Source: Sphyrna mokarran | Lineage: Eukaryota | Assembly: GCA_024679065.1 (NCBI GenBank) | Contig: JAGIQG010000005.1 | Location: forward strand, 78,616,001 to 78,680,000 | Reading direction: 5' to 3' | DNA length: 64,000 nt | The notes under the pieces: generated by a model | Database searches by the model: none | What the model was told of the DNA's origin: nothing | What the model saw: the letters and a program-made list of their open reading frames with translations, nothing else | In this document: positions 1-11,580 of the stretch, piece after piece | How the letters are laid out: each line of letters starts with the position of its first letter | Numbering within the stretch: the stretch's first letter is position 1 | Program-made: the position numbers and the translations under genes

Positions 1-119
1 ATTATCACACAGTAGCCCTGGATGTTTGAACAAAAAATCTCAAGAACTCATCTCACATAATACGATATGCAAAAAGTTAGGTACAGATGAAGTTAATGTT
101 GTAATTGTAAAAATGGAAT

Positions 120-190
120 TTACAACTCATTCTTTACATCAACGCTGGCCAGTTGCCTCCTGAGTTGAGTCAATAGTTGGAGTGAAGGTC
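120..190 (-). CDS. Terminal coding exon ((R)PSLQLLTQLRRQLASVDVKNEL-stop) ending in KDEL-like KNEL
   Basis: Acceptor attttttgtttctatag; the phase-1 frame is open to TAA at 120-122. No AATAAA occurs in the remaining 119 nt, so the 3'UTR probably runs off the left edge of the window. Confidence 0.55.
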
Positions 191-709
191 CTATAGAAAC
201 AAAAAATTCTCATGAAGTTTTTCTATCTGTACACATTAAACATAAAAACATAGAGAATGACATGCAGGAGAAGACAAGACTGATCAGCCAAGCCTGCCCC
301 ATACTTAGTCAAATCATCATAACTAGGCATTTCCTACCCACTTGTCCTCCCTGACCTGCAGGAGATATCATCTCCTAAGAAAGCAAAAATAGAGAAAAGC
401 ACAGGGCTAATGAAAGGAGGAAAATTCAAAAATTTTCTTCTTAGTTCTTCCATTCTCTTTAGTTCAACAAATTCTACTTTGTAACAAAGAGTTTTAAGTT
501 TTATGCTTTTCTTTGAACTCTTCCTGATAGTTTGGTATTTCTTTCAAGATAACATGTCCAAAATTGCAAAGAATATCATAAATGCAACCTTACCAATAAT
601 TTATAGAAGGAAATAAATTTTTGTTTCAATTATAGTACAATGTCATTGACATGGATCTGAATAGAAGTGTTGTTGTTTCACTTGCTCTGGTTAACATTAG
701 TGAACTCAC

Positions 710-781
710 TTGCATTTCCAGGCTCAATTCATTGACACAAGCCAGATGTTCCCCAAGGAGGTGTCCCTTGGGTGTATCCAA
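710..781 (-). CDS. Penultimate exon, 72 nt, phase 1-1 ((V)GYTQGTPPWGTSGLCQ-U-IEPGNA) with in-frame TGA at 729-731
   Basis: Acceptor tattctttcctaatttcag and donor CAA|gtgagt, both near consensus; phase set by the flanking exons. Confidence 0.65.
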
Positions 782-1647
782 CTGAAATTAGGAAAGAATA
801 TTCAATTACTGTTGTAAGCCTGGGAGTCCTATAGAAACAGTAATGGCTCTCAGTCATTTTAGCTGCTATCCAAGCACAAGGCCAATTTTCACAACATCCC
901 TGGATAACGGAGGGGAAATGGGGATGCGGTATAGTGGTCTAATTTCTTTTCTTTTTGTTTTGAAATGGGAATTGAGTATTCCCAGGCACTTAACAAAGGA
1001 AGATCAATTCTATTATTCAAAGAGTGTGACAATTTTAAGGGACATTTTTCCTTAAAGACTTCTTTTATGAATATATTTGGAAGCATAGAAGATGTTAGCA
1101 TTAATTTTATGAATACCTTTGCTGGTTGTTGCGATTGTTCTGCTACCAAACCCATCATGAATACCACTCAACGTAGACAGGGCTTCTTCTGAACCAGTCC
1201 AACTGAACTTTGAAATCCACATCATGACAAACAGGACTCAATTCTACTGGCTCATACGAAGCAGGATTGGAAGCAGGAGCTGCAGTGTCATGTTGCCAGG
1301 AAAGTTTCCCTCAGAGGGCAGGAAGCACATTGTAACGATGATAGGCTGTTCGCTCTCTGATTTCCAAATTTGAGATTCCAAGTATGGACAATTTCATGGG
1401 AACAGTTTTGTCAATGGCAGAGCTGCCCCCTACAACATGGGAAAGCCACCAGCTTTCCTGCAGTATCCTGGGCGTCCATCAGACCCAGAAGCCCCAGAGC
1501 TCAAATAGAGGACTGGGGCACACAAAGCAATAATGGCACTAATTACCCCTCTATCCAGCCCCCTCCCCCCCCCACCTCTACCCACCCCGGCTTCACCTTC
1601 AAGTGTTATCCATTTTGGGACAGCCTGAGCTTTCTGACTTGTACATA

Positions 1648-1762
1648 GGATTTAACGGGATTGAGGGATATAAATAGGCCTAGTAGGTAGGGATATGATC
1701 AGCGCAACTTGTGGGCTGAAGGGCCTGTTTGAACATAGTTTTCTATGTTCTATATTCTATGT
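1648..1762 (+). mobile_element. CR1-type LINE 3' terminal fragment
   Basis: gggctgaagggcctgttt followed by a (ttctatg)n-like tail typical of shark CR1 3' ends. Confidence 0.65.
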
Positions 1763-2004
1763 ATCTGCAGGGCTACCTCTCCTTGTATTTGGGCTAGTGG
1801 TATCAGGAGCCTATTTGCCATCCTTAACTGGGTAGTGGATCTGCAAGTGGACATTTAAGAGGCCACATGCAGCAAAATCACTTCTGCTTTTTTGTGCCAA
1901 CATCAGGATTCCCAAAGCCCGCGGCAAAATTCGGCATGTAATCTCAATGCTGACATTCATTGCGTCTTTGTATACCAACAAGTTCAATACACCAATACAT
2001 TTAC

Positions 2005-2069
2005 CTTCAGGCTCCACATGGTTAAAATATATCATGGTTTCACAGAACTTGGCAACACGTGACAAATTC
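2005..2069 (-). CDS. Internal coding exon, 65 nt, phase 2 to 1 (NLSRVAKFCETMIYFNHVEPE)
   Basis: Acceptor ctttacttttag and donor AAG|gtaaat; only one stop-free frame, which lies within track ORF 1811..2089; contains an NLS N-glycosylation sequon. Confidence 0.65.
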
Positions 2070-2904
2070 CTAAAAGTAAAGTTGCACAAAGTTCATCACT
2101 GCATCAAAACTCCTACTTCTGTGCAAAGTAACAGCTTAGAAACATTACTGTGAGAAAAATGGACCTTTAAAGCAGGGATCATTTTCAATAATCTGAAAGT
2201 GATGTATTTATTGTCCACATGTTACTGGTTGTGAATGACAAAAATTTAAGAATAATGAGCCGATGTCAGTCCCATTAGGACACAATACACTCATCAGTCA
2301 AAATGATCTCAAAAGTTAAATCTGTTTGCAATGAGTATCACGGGGAAAATAAATATTTTGTAGACGTGAGGAAGTATAATTATGAAGCAACTATAAGCTA
2401 TTTCAGCTTTAATTCATGTTCTGACAGCTGATAAAGAGCGGAGTTTGTGTAATGTTGTGATTGTTTGCTTTATTTTGAGTTTTCAGAGGAATATTGTTGA
2501 AGTTGACCATATGGAACATGGGTTCTGCCAGACTTTTTCTTCCTGTTTCATTTCGTCTAACATAAATCACTGGTCCCATGTTGCTGCATCAAATGTCAAA
2601 ATCTTCTACTGTGGTCAGGTGAATTTGAAAGAGATTTGATGTTAGACATTGAGCTGGTTGGAAGTTTAAAGTTTCCATGTCAAATTGTTGCAAACTGTGA
2701 TGAGTTGTAATTGAATAAAAATTAATTTGAACAAAAATGTGTTGAAAAACCACTAGCTAACTCAGGTAATATCAGGGATTAACACTCTAACCTATCTATT
2801 TCCAATATGACAAGTCAATAGTTGCTGACTAGTAATTGCAGACATAATGAAAACTTTCAAAATCCAACTTGATAGTTTTTAAGTTTACAATCTTATCGTG
2901 GCCC

Positions 2905-3960
2905 AGAGCTCTCACACCTCTGGGTCATGTTAAGGCTTGAATTCGTACTGGAGGCTGACAATCAGCACAAAACTTAGGGAATGCTGCATTATTGGAGGTG
3001 CCATCTTATTTGCATGCTTGGATTAGGTAAAAGATACCACAGCACTACCTGAAGAAAAGCATGGTATTCTCTCTAAACAATTATCATCTAAAAACAGACT
3101 GAATGGTCATTCATCTCATGGATGTTGATGAATGTTGCTGAGACTGAACAGCTGCTATGTTTGCAACAGACAGTAAAGCCCTGATTTTACCGGTACAGCT
3201 ATCTGAGGATCATAAGATTGTGCCCGAGGCCAACGGGGAATGCCATTCTGTGAGCTTCGCCCGCCCTAATTTCAGAGTGGCCATGTTGGTAAAATCATTG
3301 GTATTCAGTGATATTTTGCCACTATTGGCACATTCCTCCATCAGGACTGAAAGCAAAAGGCAGCACTACCCTGGCAGGTGGTGGGGTACAGGGCAGCATA
3401 TTTCTAGGCAGAAAGCTGGTAGCTCAGTAACATCAACAGTACCATTCCTGGAGCTGCAACAACAGGTATGGGGTACCTTAATGGTGAGCATACCTTGATG
3501 ATCAGTAGGTGTTGGGGAGGAAAGTGGGACCAGATAACCTGGTAGGTAGGCCCCAGCCTTGGGGAAGGAATTCATCGAATACGTAGCATTGTCATTAAGA
3601 AGGGTTTCCCCAGTTGCACCTGATAGTTTCCCTACAAGTTGGCAGCTTCCTCCTGGTGTGGACAATATGCCTACAGAGGTAAGAAGTGGCCTTTACTTTG
3701 TCATTCAAGTGGCTTAATTGGACAGCAGGTGGATGACCAATCCATCACATTCTCCCATCCAACAACATTTCGTGCAGTGGGAAGGTACTTCAGGCACCCC
3801 TGTCCTCACATTCCTCTGGATACTTCCGGCAGCCAACCATCACCCAGCCTGTTGCCATTGGATTGGAAAGATTTGTCCTTGAATTTCAAATGTAATTCCA
3901 TCTGTGAAGCACTTTGAGATATTTTGATATGGTAGCAATATTATGCTATAGCAATTAAAA
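2905..3960 (+). mobile_element. Deu-domain SINE (SacSINE1/AmnSINE-like) split by a ~700 bp MITE-like insertion (~3176-3880)
   Basis: Deu-like core gctgaca...gggaatgctgcattattggaggtgccatctt...taaaagataccacagcact...gaagaaaagc; the L2-like tail tgtgaagcactttgagat resumes near 3885. Confidence 0.6.
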
Positions 3961-4023
3961 TTTTATTACAAATCAGGAAGAACATGCAGATATAGTAGAA
4001 TATTGAATTAAGGTTTATCGTAC

Positions 4024-4051
4024 TGTTTCACATGGACAACATCAATATGTT
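4024..4051 (-). CDS. Micro-exon, 28 nt, phase 1 to 2 ((E)HIDVVHVK(Q))
   Basis: Very long pyrimidine tract atctttcctctttttcatgttttctcccattctttttag and donor ACA|gtacga; supplies exactly the phase change the next exon needs. Confidence 0.6.
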
Positions 4052-4651
4052 CTAAAAAGAATGGGAGAAAACATGAAAAAGAGGAAAGATAATTCCATTT
4101 AGTGGCCCATTCCTACAACCCAAGTAAATATGCACAAGTAATACCTCTAAGGAAAAAGAATGCCATGTTTCTTCTTATCCTCAGCTTCTACAAGAGATAA
4201 TGATTGGAAGTCAGAGGATGTCAATCTAACATTACCATCGATATTACTGAACCTTCCATCCTAGACCTGAGCCTAGAAATTCAGCTGTGCAGTATCTGTT
4301 TTTTGAGTGATAAATTGCCCACATTTCAGGCTGGAAAGGAAAGAATTCAGTCTAACCCAGGTGGCTCCAATCAATAAATGTACAAGAGAATACAAGTAAC
4401 CTCAGAAGTGACACCAGCAATTAAATGCTGAGATCAGAGTGTACTTTAAAGTAAAAAATAACCAATTTAAATTGTAATCTGCTATTCACTCAGATATGTG
4501 TAAAACTTTCTCACAGCTGAAACCATGAACATGGCAAATCAAATTGATGTAATTTAATGAACTCCAATACATTAATGATAAGAAATTACAGCATTATGCG
4601 TTTTCATGCTTACTGGCATTTAATTTATTTTCATACTAAGCAGAATCTTAC

Positions 4652-4741
4652 CATATTGTTTTCAGGGTCAAGTTCAAACTGAAAACTGAGATGCAGTTCT
4701 TCAGCTGCACAGCCATTTTTCACTCCAGATCTTGAGCCTAT
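4652..4741 (-). CDS. Internal exon, 90 nt; in phase 1 it reads (Y)RLKIWSEKWLCS-U-RTASQFSV-U-T-U-P-U-KQY with four in-frame TGA
   Basis: Strong acceptor ctctcatttcttttatcag and donor ATG|gtaaga. TGAs lie at 4701-4703, 4674-4676, 4668-4670 and 4662-4664. A different frame (SRSGVKNGCAAEELHLSFQFELDPENNM) is stop-free, so the exon is well supported but its frame is not settled. Confidence 0.65.
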
Positions 4742-4759
4742 CTGATAAAAGAAATGAGA

Positions 4760-5535
4760 GGGTGGTATTTACCCCGTCGTTCTGGACGGGCACGATAGAG
4801 GCAGCAAGGCCGGTTCCACAGAGATCAAGGCACCGTCTTTAAAGGGCACCCCAATCAGCGCTAAAGAGAAACTCCACCCTCCCCCACATCCTTCACTCTC
4901 CACCACTGAGATACTGGGGGTTCCACTCTGATACAATCATCCTTATAATCATCCTTATAATCATTCATAAAATCATTGGGGATTTCCCCCCTGCACTTTG
5001 TTCGGGACCTCTCTTGCGCCTGTCCCCCACCACTTGAGGTATCTCAGGCATCTCCCCTCCTCTCTGCCCACTCCCCCCAGTGCCTGCAAGTTCCTCTTTC
5101 ATAGCCCACTCTTTTCTCCCCCCCAACCCTCGCCTGCTGCATATAACGGCAAACCCTGATCAATGCGGCTCCCATGAGGTATGCTCTGGCACAGGCTGGT
5201 ACTGTGAGGTTGGCACAGTGTCAATTTGTGCCAGAGTACTGCTCAGGCATGTTCATCTCCCGTGGGGACTATAATTACTTCTGTGGTCCAGGGAAACCCC
5301 TCAACTCTATCTCATTTTTCAAAATTGTTGTAAACTTTGCTGACATGATGTCACATTAGTGAGGTTTGAATATCAGTGAAGGAGACTGGGGCGGGGGGTT
5401 AATCATGTGATGAGGTTGGCTGATTATATGTAAATGACTTAAAATCCATTAAAATGACGCTCTTGCCATTTGTGACACCACAATGATGAGTGTAGAAAAA
5501 TCAGAAAACGCCATTCTCTCCAAATTTTCTTCCCA
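4760..5535. mobile_element. Non-autonomous DNA transposon (Harbinger/MITE-like)
   Basis: Starts gggtggtatttacccc and ends aaattttcttccc; C-rich interior typical of this shark family. Confidence 0.45.
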
Positions 5536-5815
5536 CTTAGGAGTTTCCATGGACCATTAACATTGGCTCAAAGTTGCCCATGTTTCTCAAGGAAATTAAT
5601 AAAGACTTGAAGTTTTTATATTTTATCAACACGGTATCACGTTGTCCAAATCTGTCCTAAGGGTTCTATCATAAGTAAGAAAGATCCACCCTTAGAACCA
5701 TTTTATCAATTTATTTATCTAAATGTATTTGTATTCTTTGAAAAAATACTTGTATCTCTTATACATGCTTAAAAGAAAACTTTGGTTGTTAGGATAAAGG
5801 AAAAAATGTACGTAC

Positions 5816-5851
5816 AGTTCTGTTGCATGAATATGTCTGGAAGATGTGTTC
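5816..5851 (-). CDS. Internal coding exon, 36 nt (42 nt if the upstream tag acceptor is used, start 5857), phase 1-1 ((G)THLPDIFMQQN)
   Basis: Acceptor ttacttgctagcaacag and donor ACT|gtacgt. Confidence 0.5.
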
Positions 5852-8343
5852 CTGTTGCTAGCAAGTAACCCCAAAAAGCAATGACTCAAAACCTTCCAGA
5901 TGCACACTTTACACTTGATTCATTTTCCCAAGAACTACATATCAGTCAACAAAATACTCTGTTTGTGCCAAAACTTACCACTCATAATGAGGTAACAATG
6001 TTAGGTAATTTTGATATGGAGCAAATTAGTGAGGGTTTAAATAAACAAATTTTGATTCTATCAAGTACAAATAATTGCAAATAATCACATATGCCTTGTA
6101 TATTAAAATGATTAGATACACAAACATATTAAAAAGATTAATTAATAGCTAAAATATTAGATTGTTAAATGAAAGGCACAAACATTTCATTTTCCTTTCC
6201 CTTTGAGCTGTTTGTCACCCACATCTTCCTCCAGCTGAGAGGTTTCCTGATTCTCATCAATGCCTCTTCATCATTGCTGGACAGAAGATTAGCTTCAAAT
6301 TGAATGGGTCAGATGTAGGCAGTTTATTCAATCCCCTGTGGTTGTATCTTGACAATCTCTGTTTAGCAACCTAGCTAAGAACTGACTGAACTTGCTCAAC
6401 AAATGACTAGCAGCCTTGGAATAAAACTTATGACCTTGCAGTTCAAAGACGGGTTACCCCTTGTATTGTCCAAGATCTTCTTTATGAAATTTTTAGAAAC
6501 TTACTTAGAATTCGGCTTTTCACCACATCCTTTTGAAAGAAGAATATTTCTTGCATCAATTTTTATTTTTCCCAGAAACAAAATGCCAGTAACATTTTTC
6601 TGATGTTGCATGTTTCAATTTTTCTGTAGACCTTGATTTTATTGTAACTTAAAAAAAAGCTAGAATAAACACAACAGTGATCAAAGAGTGAAATAATGAA
6701 TTATGTACACCTTTATTTGTTACACCAGTTTTTTTTCAAATTAAGAATGTAATTTGATTCATTGAAAGATATAAATTTAATCCATTAAAGTTTAATTGCC
6801 AAAACAAGCCATATCAGTGATATAACTTGCTTCTGAAATATTGCATCTTTGTAATTCCAATATATTTGGTGATAATATACTGAATATTAATTTCCATGCA
6901 AATTGTATGGCAATATTGAGACTTATGCATTTGCAATATTATCCAGTCCCATATGACCAAAAGCAGCTGAGGGGATATTGTGAAATATGGAAGAGATGAA
7001 AAAGTCAACTAGGAGATCATAAATAAAGTAATTGTCAAATTAATTTGCTTCACATCATCTCTGGGACTTACAGGAAGACTAATAGCAACATCTAAGCAAT
7101 GGACTTGGGCCTTAGAAAACAATTAATTACTATGACATGCCTTAGAAAAGCTTTCAACTATTTTAAATGATTTATCATAATTACTGCTCTGCAAAGGTCA
7201 TGAGAGGTGAATAATTCAGGATTCGAGCCATCTCCATCCAGTTTTGAAAAATAACACAAAAGCTGGAGTAAATTCACGAGTCTGCTTTTGGAAAAAAACA
7301 GATCTAGTCGATAAATATCAGTGTGACTGTGTGGTGTTTAATGTTTGTAAATCACATGGTATAATTGATGATCTAAGGAGGGAACCAATGTATACCAAAA
7401 CAAGTTTATGATTTTAATACATACAGCACAAAGAGGAAACCTTTCTGCTTTATTTTCTAAAGAATAAACTCTTTAACTTCTCAAATATGAGATACTTGCT
7501 CAGTTTGTTTTAAAGTTTGTAATGGGTCATGAATAAACCTTATCTCCAAACTTGACTTTTGTGACATGGTTGCAAAATGATGTTTTATATAGCTTCTGCT
7601 TCTGTATCAGCTACATCCAAATGACTGAAAACTAAGGCTTTTCTATTGTTTAATAAATTGTTGTCTTCAGCTCTCTAAATCTATTCCTAATTTTAGCATT
7701 TTTTGGTCATTTGTGGGGAGAGGGTAGTTTAGTATCTAACTCAACTGTATAAAGGGCCAGGACAAATTAGGAACCAAATGATAACACTCAAATGACAATT
7801 TTCCTAGCACTATCAAAATTAAATCAGACTCTAAGCTTGGTAAACACTAAAGGTCAAATTAAGTTTTTCTTTATATTATTTGCCACCTTTTTCTACTTAA
7901 GAACACTCTCTAATACGTTACAGTAATATAGAACTAAACTGATTATGTGTGATGCACCTTTTATTTGAAAATTAATCTGTGATAGCTATTGGCATTTGTA
8001 GTGTTAATGGAGCTACGCTGCATAACATAGTCTAGCTGCTACTCTATAGTTATACAACCATAGGATTGCACAATACAGTTCCTGGATTCAGATAAATTGC
8101 TTAAAATGCTTTCATTCATTTTTTTCCACAACTGAAATTACCAATGTCCAAAATAAGCGCTTAAATAAAAATTATTTTAAAAGTTGCACATTTCACAAGA
8201 ACATTAAATTCATCTGCTGAATTACCTTTTATAGCTTCTACTACATTTTTTAGTTGAAGGCTTAATGCTGGATTTAGATTTTGTCTGAAAGCTGTGATTC
8301 TGAGCTGAGTCAGGTTTGTACAGTCTGAGCATGTGCACCATAC

Positions 8344-8433
8344 CTAATTCTCCAGAATACATCAGGACTGTTCGATCAGCTATACTGATGGACGGTTCCT
8401 TTTTATTATCTCCCGCTGCATTCAGTTCAGTTG
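8344..8433 (-). CDS. Internal coding exon, 90 nt, phase 1-1 ((S)TELNAAGDNKKEPSISIADRTVLMYSGEL)
   Basis: Pyrimidine tract ttcccttgttctctac...ttcttgaaaag and donor TAG|gtatgg; only phase 1 is open. Confidence 0.6.
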
Positions 8434-8572
8434 CTTTTCAAGAAATATTTGTAGAGAACAAGGGAATACATTTCAAAAGCCTCACAGGGAGCCAAAATCT
8501 ATATTCAGCACTTTTTAAGCAGAGGTATGTGTTGTGTATGTATGAGAAAAAGGGTGATAATATCATAATTAC

Positions 8573-8608
8573 ACACTTCTAGCTTCTGTTTTGTTCTATA
8601 CAAATAAC
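8573..8608 (-). CDS. Internal coding exon, 36 nt, phase 1-1 ((G)YLYRTKQKLEV)
   Basis: Acceptor tcactcactgttttgatag and donor TGT|gtaatt; only phase 1 is open (TAG in the other two frames). Confidence 0.45.
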
Positions 8609-9092
8609 CTATCAAAACAGTGAGTGATGTCAAGATTATAATAAGATTACATGTGTAGGTGGTTCTGAAAGCATCATGTAATATATGAGTTACCATGAGA
8701 TTGGATGTAATGTTATATGAGAGCATCCAAATGAAAATACAGATAAAAATCATCTCAATGTGAGCAAGATTTTCAATGTCCCCTCATCAAATTTTCTATC
8801 CTCAATCCTGAATTCCAAACCTCAAGCCTACCCTTTCACTGAGTAAGACTTTGATCTAATCCCCTCCTCCACTGAGATAGATACAGGCCTTCATGCCAAC
8901 CCTAAGAACTAATTTTCTGCCTCATTCCCTTCACTTATAGGTTTCCAGACTTTAAACATCTCCCTGAACCCCACATTCATGAGCATGTTAGTGACCCTCA
9001 AACTCTTTCACTGAATAATATTTCTCTCACCGTGCAGGATTTCAGACTAAATATTCTTCCTCCTCATGCTGAGCATTTCGGTCTCAATCCTA

Positions 9093-10725
9093 TAGCGGTG
9101 TTTTTCTGCCCCCATCTTGAATGAGTAGGAAGGATAGATATCAAAGCAGAAACTGCAAAGCAGCTTTTATGATAGTGGGATTTTCTCTCTCCATTATACC
9201 TGCCCTCTGCCAGTAGCATAACAGGGTTCCTTCCATGCAATGATGGAAACCCATTTGAATATGTTTTAATACAATGGCAGGTATCTTCACCATAATGCTC
9301 CCCACCCCCATGTCGTAAAGTTTGGCAGCATGGTGATATGTTGGTGGGGTTTATAACAGGTTTTCAAAAAATGGAGAACTGGTGCATTGAAGCTGCAGGG
9401 GCGCATAGGTAAGTACAGTTCCCGAGTGAAGAAGGTCATGTCCGAACAGTAAATAGGCTGTGCTGAGGTAGTGATGATGGTGGATGGGGGACGGGGGGAC
9501 CGGGGGTGGGGGGGGGGAGGTTTTCTAGGGGCTCTGTGTTCATGGGAAGCGTTTGGCGAAGGAGCTCGGGTGGAGTCTGTGTCCATGGGAGGATTCTATT
9601 GTGAGAAGGAATCTGATGGTGTTGAAGGTGGCCCTGTGTGGAAGGATATATTCCTTCTTCCTATTTCTATCTTTCTGCCATCAGGTACACCAATCTGCCA
9701 AGAGCCAAGATCGCTGATGGGATGGTTTCATTCAGAGCCCATCCAGCCACTGCGATATCGTGGGACCCGACTCTTTGACTCCTTTTGTCAAAGTGCCAAA
9801 AGTTGGGACAGACAGCCAGCAATAAGTAACATAGTGAGCAGTTTTGGTCCCTTTATTTAAGGAAAGTTCTCAGCTGTTGATTCTCCCATCCTGTTCCACT
9901 AGTTTTTAGTGCTGCAGACCGGGAAAATCCCATGGCAGCTAATTTGTGGGGTTTGTATAAACATTCACACCTGCTTGCGTCTCCAAGCGCCTGTTCCATG
10001 TTGGAAATTGGCAAGGAGATGCACAGACCATTTAAATGGCCATTTTAATATTATCTGAATATCATTAATGGGCCCAGAACTGAAGTCTCTGGACTGGTTA
10101 GAGTCTGCCACACTGCAAGAGTGTTTCAACTTAGGCATAGGCAGTGCCAAGGGGGCAATCGGTTGTGGGGGGGGGGAGGAGAGAGATCCTGCTGCAACTC
10201 TTCAATCAGGATTGGTGGGGGAAGGAGGGAGGCTAGTTGGAGGTCGGAATGATCACCCTACTGGAGGGAGGGGTGTTAAGATTGTAGGGAGTGGTTACTG
10301 TCAGGAGTGGGGGGGAGGGCGGTGTTGGAGGTTGCGGTGGGCCGAGACAAGGAGCGTGGCCCAGGAATGGTCAGGGGAAAGTAGTCGGGCTGTAGGATGG
10401 GGGTGGGGAGTTTGGGTGAGAGAGTCGGCATTGCGGGGTCACAAATCAAGTGTCCAGCAATCGGGAAGCTGGCAGTGCAGGCCATTGTGCATGTGCTGAT
10501 CTCAGTGCTGACAGATTAGCACGTGCACAGTGGCTCGCTCAGTGCGCTGATTTCAGCCTCTCCAATGGGAATAGCCTCCTGAAATTTAATGATATATTCC
10601 TTGGTGGTCTCTGCAGCGCACAGAGTGTGGGAGATTCTTCTCTGAACTCCCGCTGAAGAAAAGTATGAATTATTCCAGTTTTCATGCAAATTTGACATTT
10701 AGAATTTTTTGGGAGAATTCTGCCC
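9093..10725. mobile_element. Non-autonomous Harbinger/MITE-like element(s), possibly nested or adjacent
   Basis: Terminal motifs gcggtgtttttctgcccc ... gggagaattctgccc; the G-rich low-complexity interior generates the spurious Gly-rich ORFs. Confidence 0.45.
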
Positions 10726-10829
10726 ATCATTCCATATCATGGTCATTCTGCCAATTAAATCCATTAAAGTTTTACAACACCAATTTTAAATCCAACCGAT
10801 TTATTTGATAGTAAATTCACGAGCTTTTG

Positions 10830-11580
10830 ACTCTATAGCCTTCGTCAGGCAAATTAAATCCATGCCAGCTTTACAAAGCAATCTGGTTCAGTGTAATTTC
10901 CCTCCCTATTCCCACAACCTCACAAGTTTGTTTCCTCAATTACCTACCAAATTTATTTTCTCCATTTCCATTCTGCTCAGAGAACGAGTTCTAGACCATT
11001 AATATCATCAGATAAAAAGGTACGTCTTCACATTCCCTCTGCATCTTTTGCCCACAACCTTAAGTCTGCGACCCCTGGTCTTTCTACCATCAGCTAATGG
11101 GAACAACGTTTCTCTGTCAAATAATTTTCTATTCTCAATTTTCTTTATTCCAAGTGGAATAACTTCAGTTTCTCCAACCTAACCTTGTAGTTAAATTCCC
11201 TCAACCTTGGGTCCATTCTAGTAAATCTCCTCTGCACTTTCTGAAGGACGATACAACCTTCCTAGATGCAATACGTTAGTTAGACAGAAAGATTCTCTAT
11301 TTTTGTCCTCGATACTTCTATTTATGAAATCCAACTAACCATATGTTCACCAATTTGCACCACCAAATTGTTCTGTCACCTTGAAAAATTGATGCACATG
11401 AACACCCAGGTCCCTCTCTCCTTTTACACTCTTCAAAACTGTCTCATTAAAACTATTTTGCTTTTTTTTATTCCTGTGCAAATCCATCCCCTCACACTCA
11501 AATTCTGTGTCAAATTCTGACACTTGTCTATCCATACTGCCACCCCGTGTCCTATTGTAGTCAAAGTGCACATCCCTTCT
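10830..11580 (-). mobile_element. Decayed CR1 LINE ORF2 C-terminus and 3'UTR
   Basis: Track ORF 11347..11583 contains LKSVKGERDLGVHVH, the CR1 ORF2 C-terminal 'ERDLGV' motif. Confidence 0.7.

Noticed and set aside
1-60. SECIS-like spacing in the 3'UTR (minus strand TTGA-N12-AA-N19-GA, or ATGA further 5')
   Set aside because: The base before UGA is not a purine and helix II cannot pair (ATTTTTTGTTC versus GGGCTACTGTG). The ATGA alternative has the wrong spacing to the AAA. It is not called a SECIS; a real one would lie outside the window.
710-781. Stop-free phase-0 reading LDTPKGHLLGEHLACVNELSLEMQ
   Set aside because: It is incompatible with the only open frame of the upstream 65-nt exon, which ends in phase 1, and leads to an early stop in the last exon. 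It remains possible only if additional unseen exons exist.
843-1192. Three overlapping ORFs near the left end
   Set aside because: They lie in an intron of the minus-strand gene, with no consistent splice sites or recognisable protein features.
2487-2618. Plus-strand exon-like segment (ttttcag ... CAG|gtgaat)
   Set aside because: No partner exons on the plus strand and no recognisable product.
6814-7008. Strong minus-strand acceptor (atatcccctcag) and ORF between coding exons
   Set aside because: There is no usable GT donor (nearest look-alike GC|ATAAGT) and the phase-1 frame hits TAA after 14 codons. It could be a dead exon.
9287-10730. Cluster of Gly/Pro-rich ORFs (also 22247..22787, 47566..48050, 61797..62119)
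   Set aside because: Artefacts of G/C-run-rich MITE interiors.
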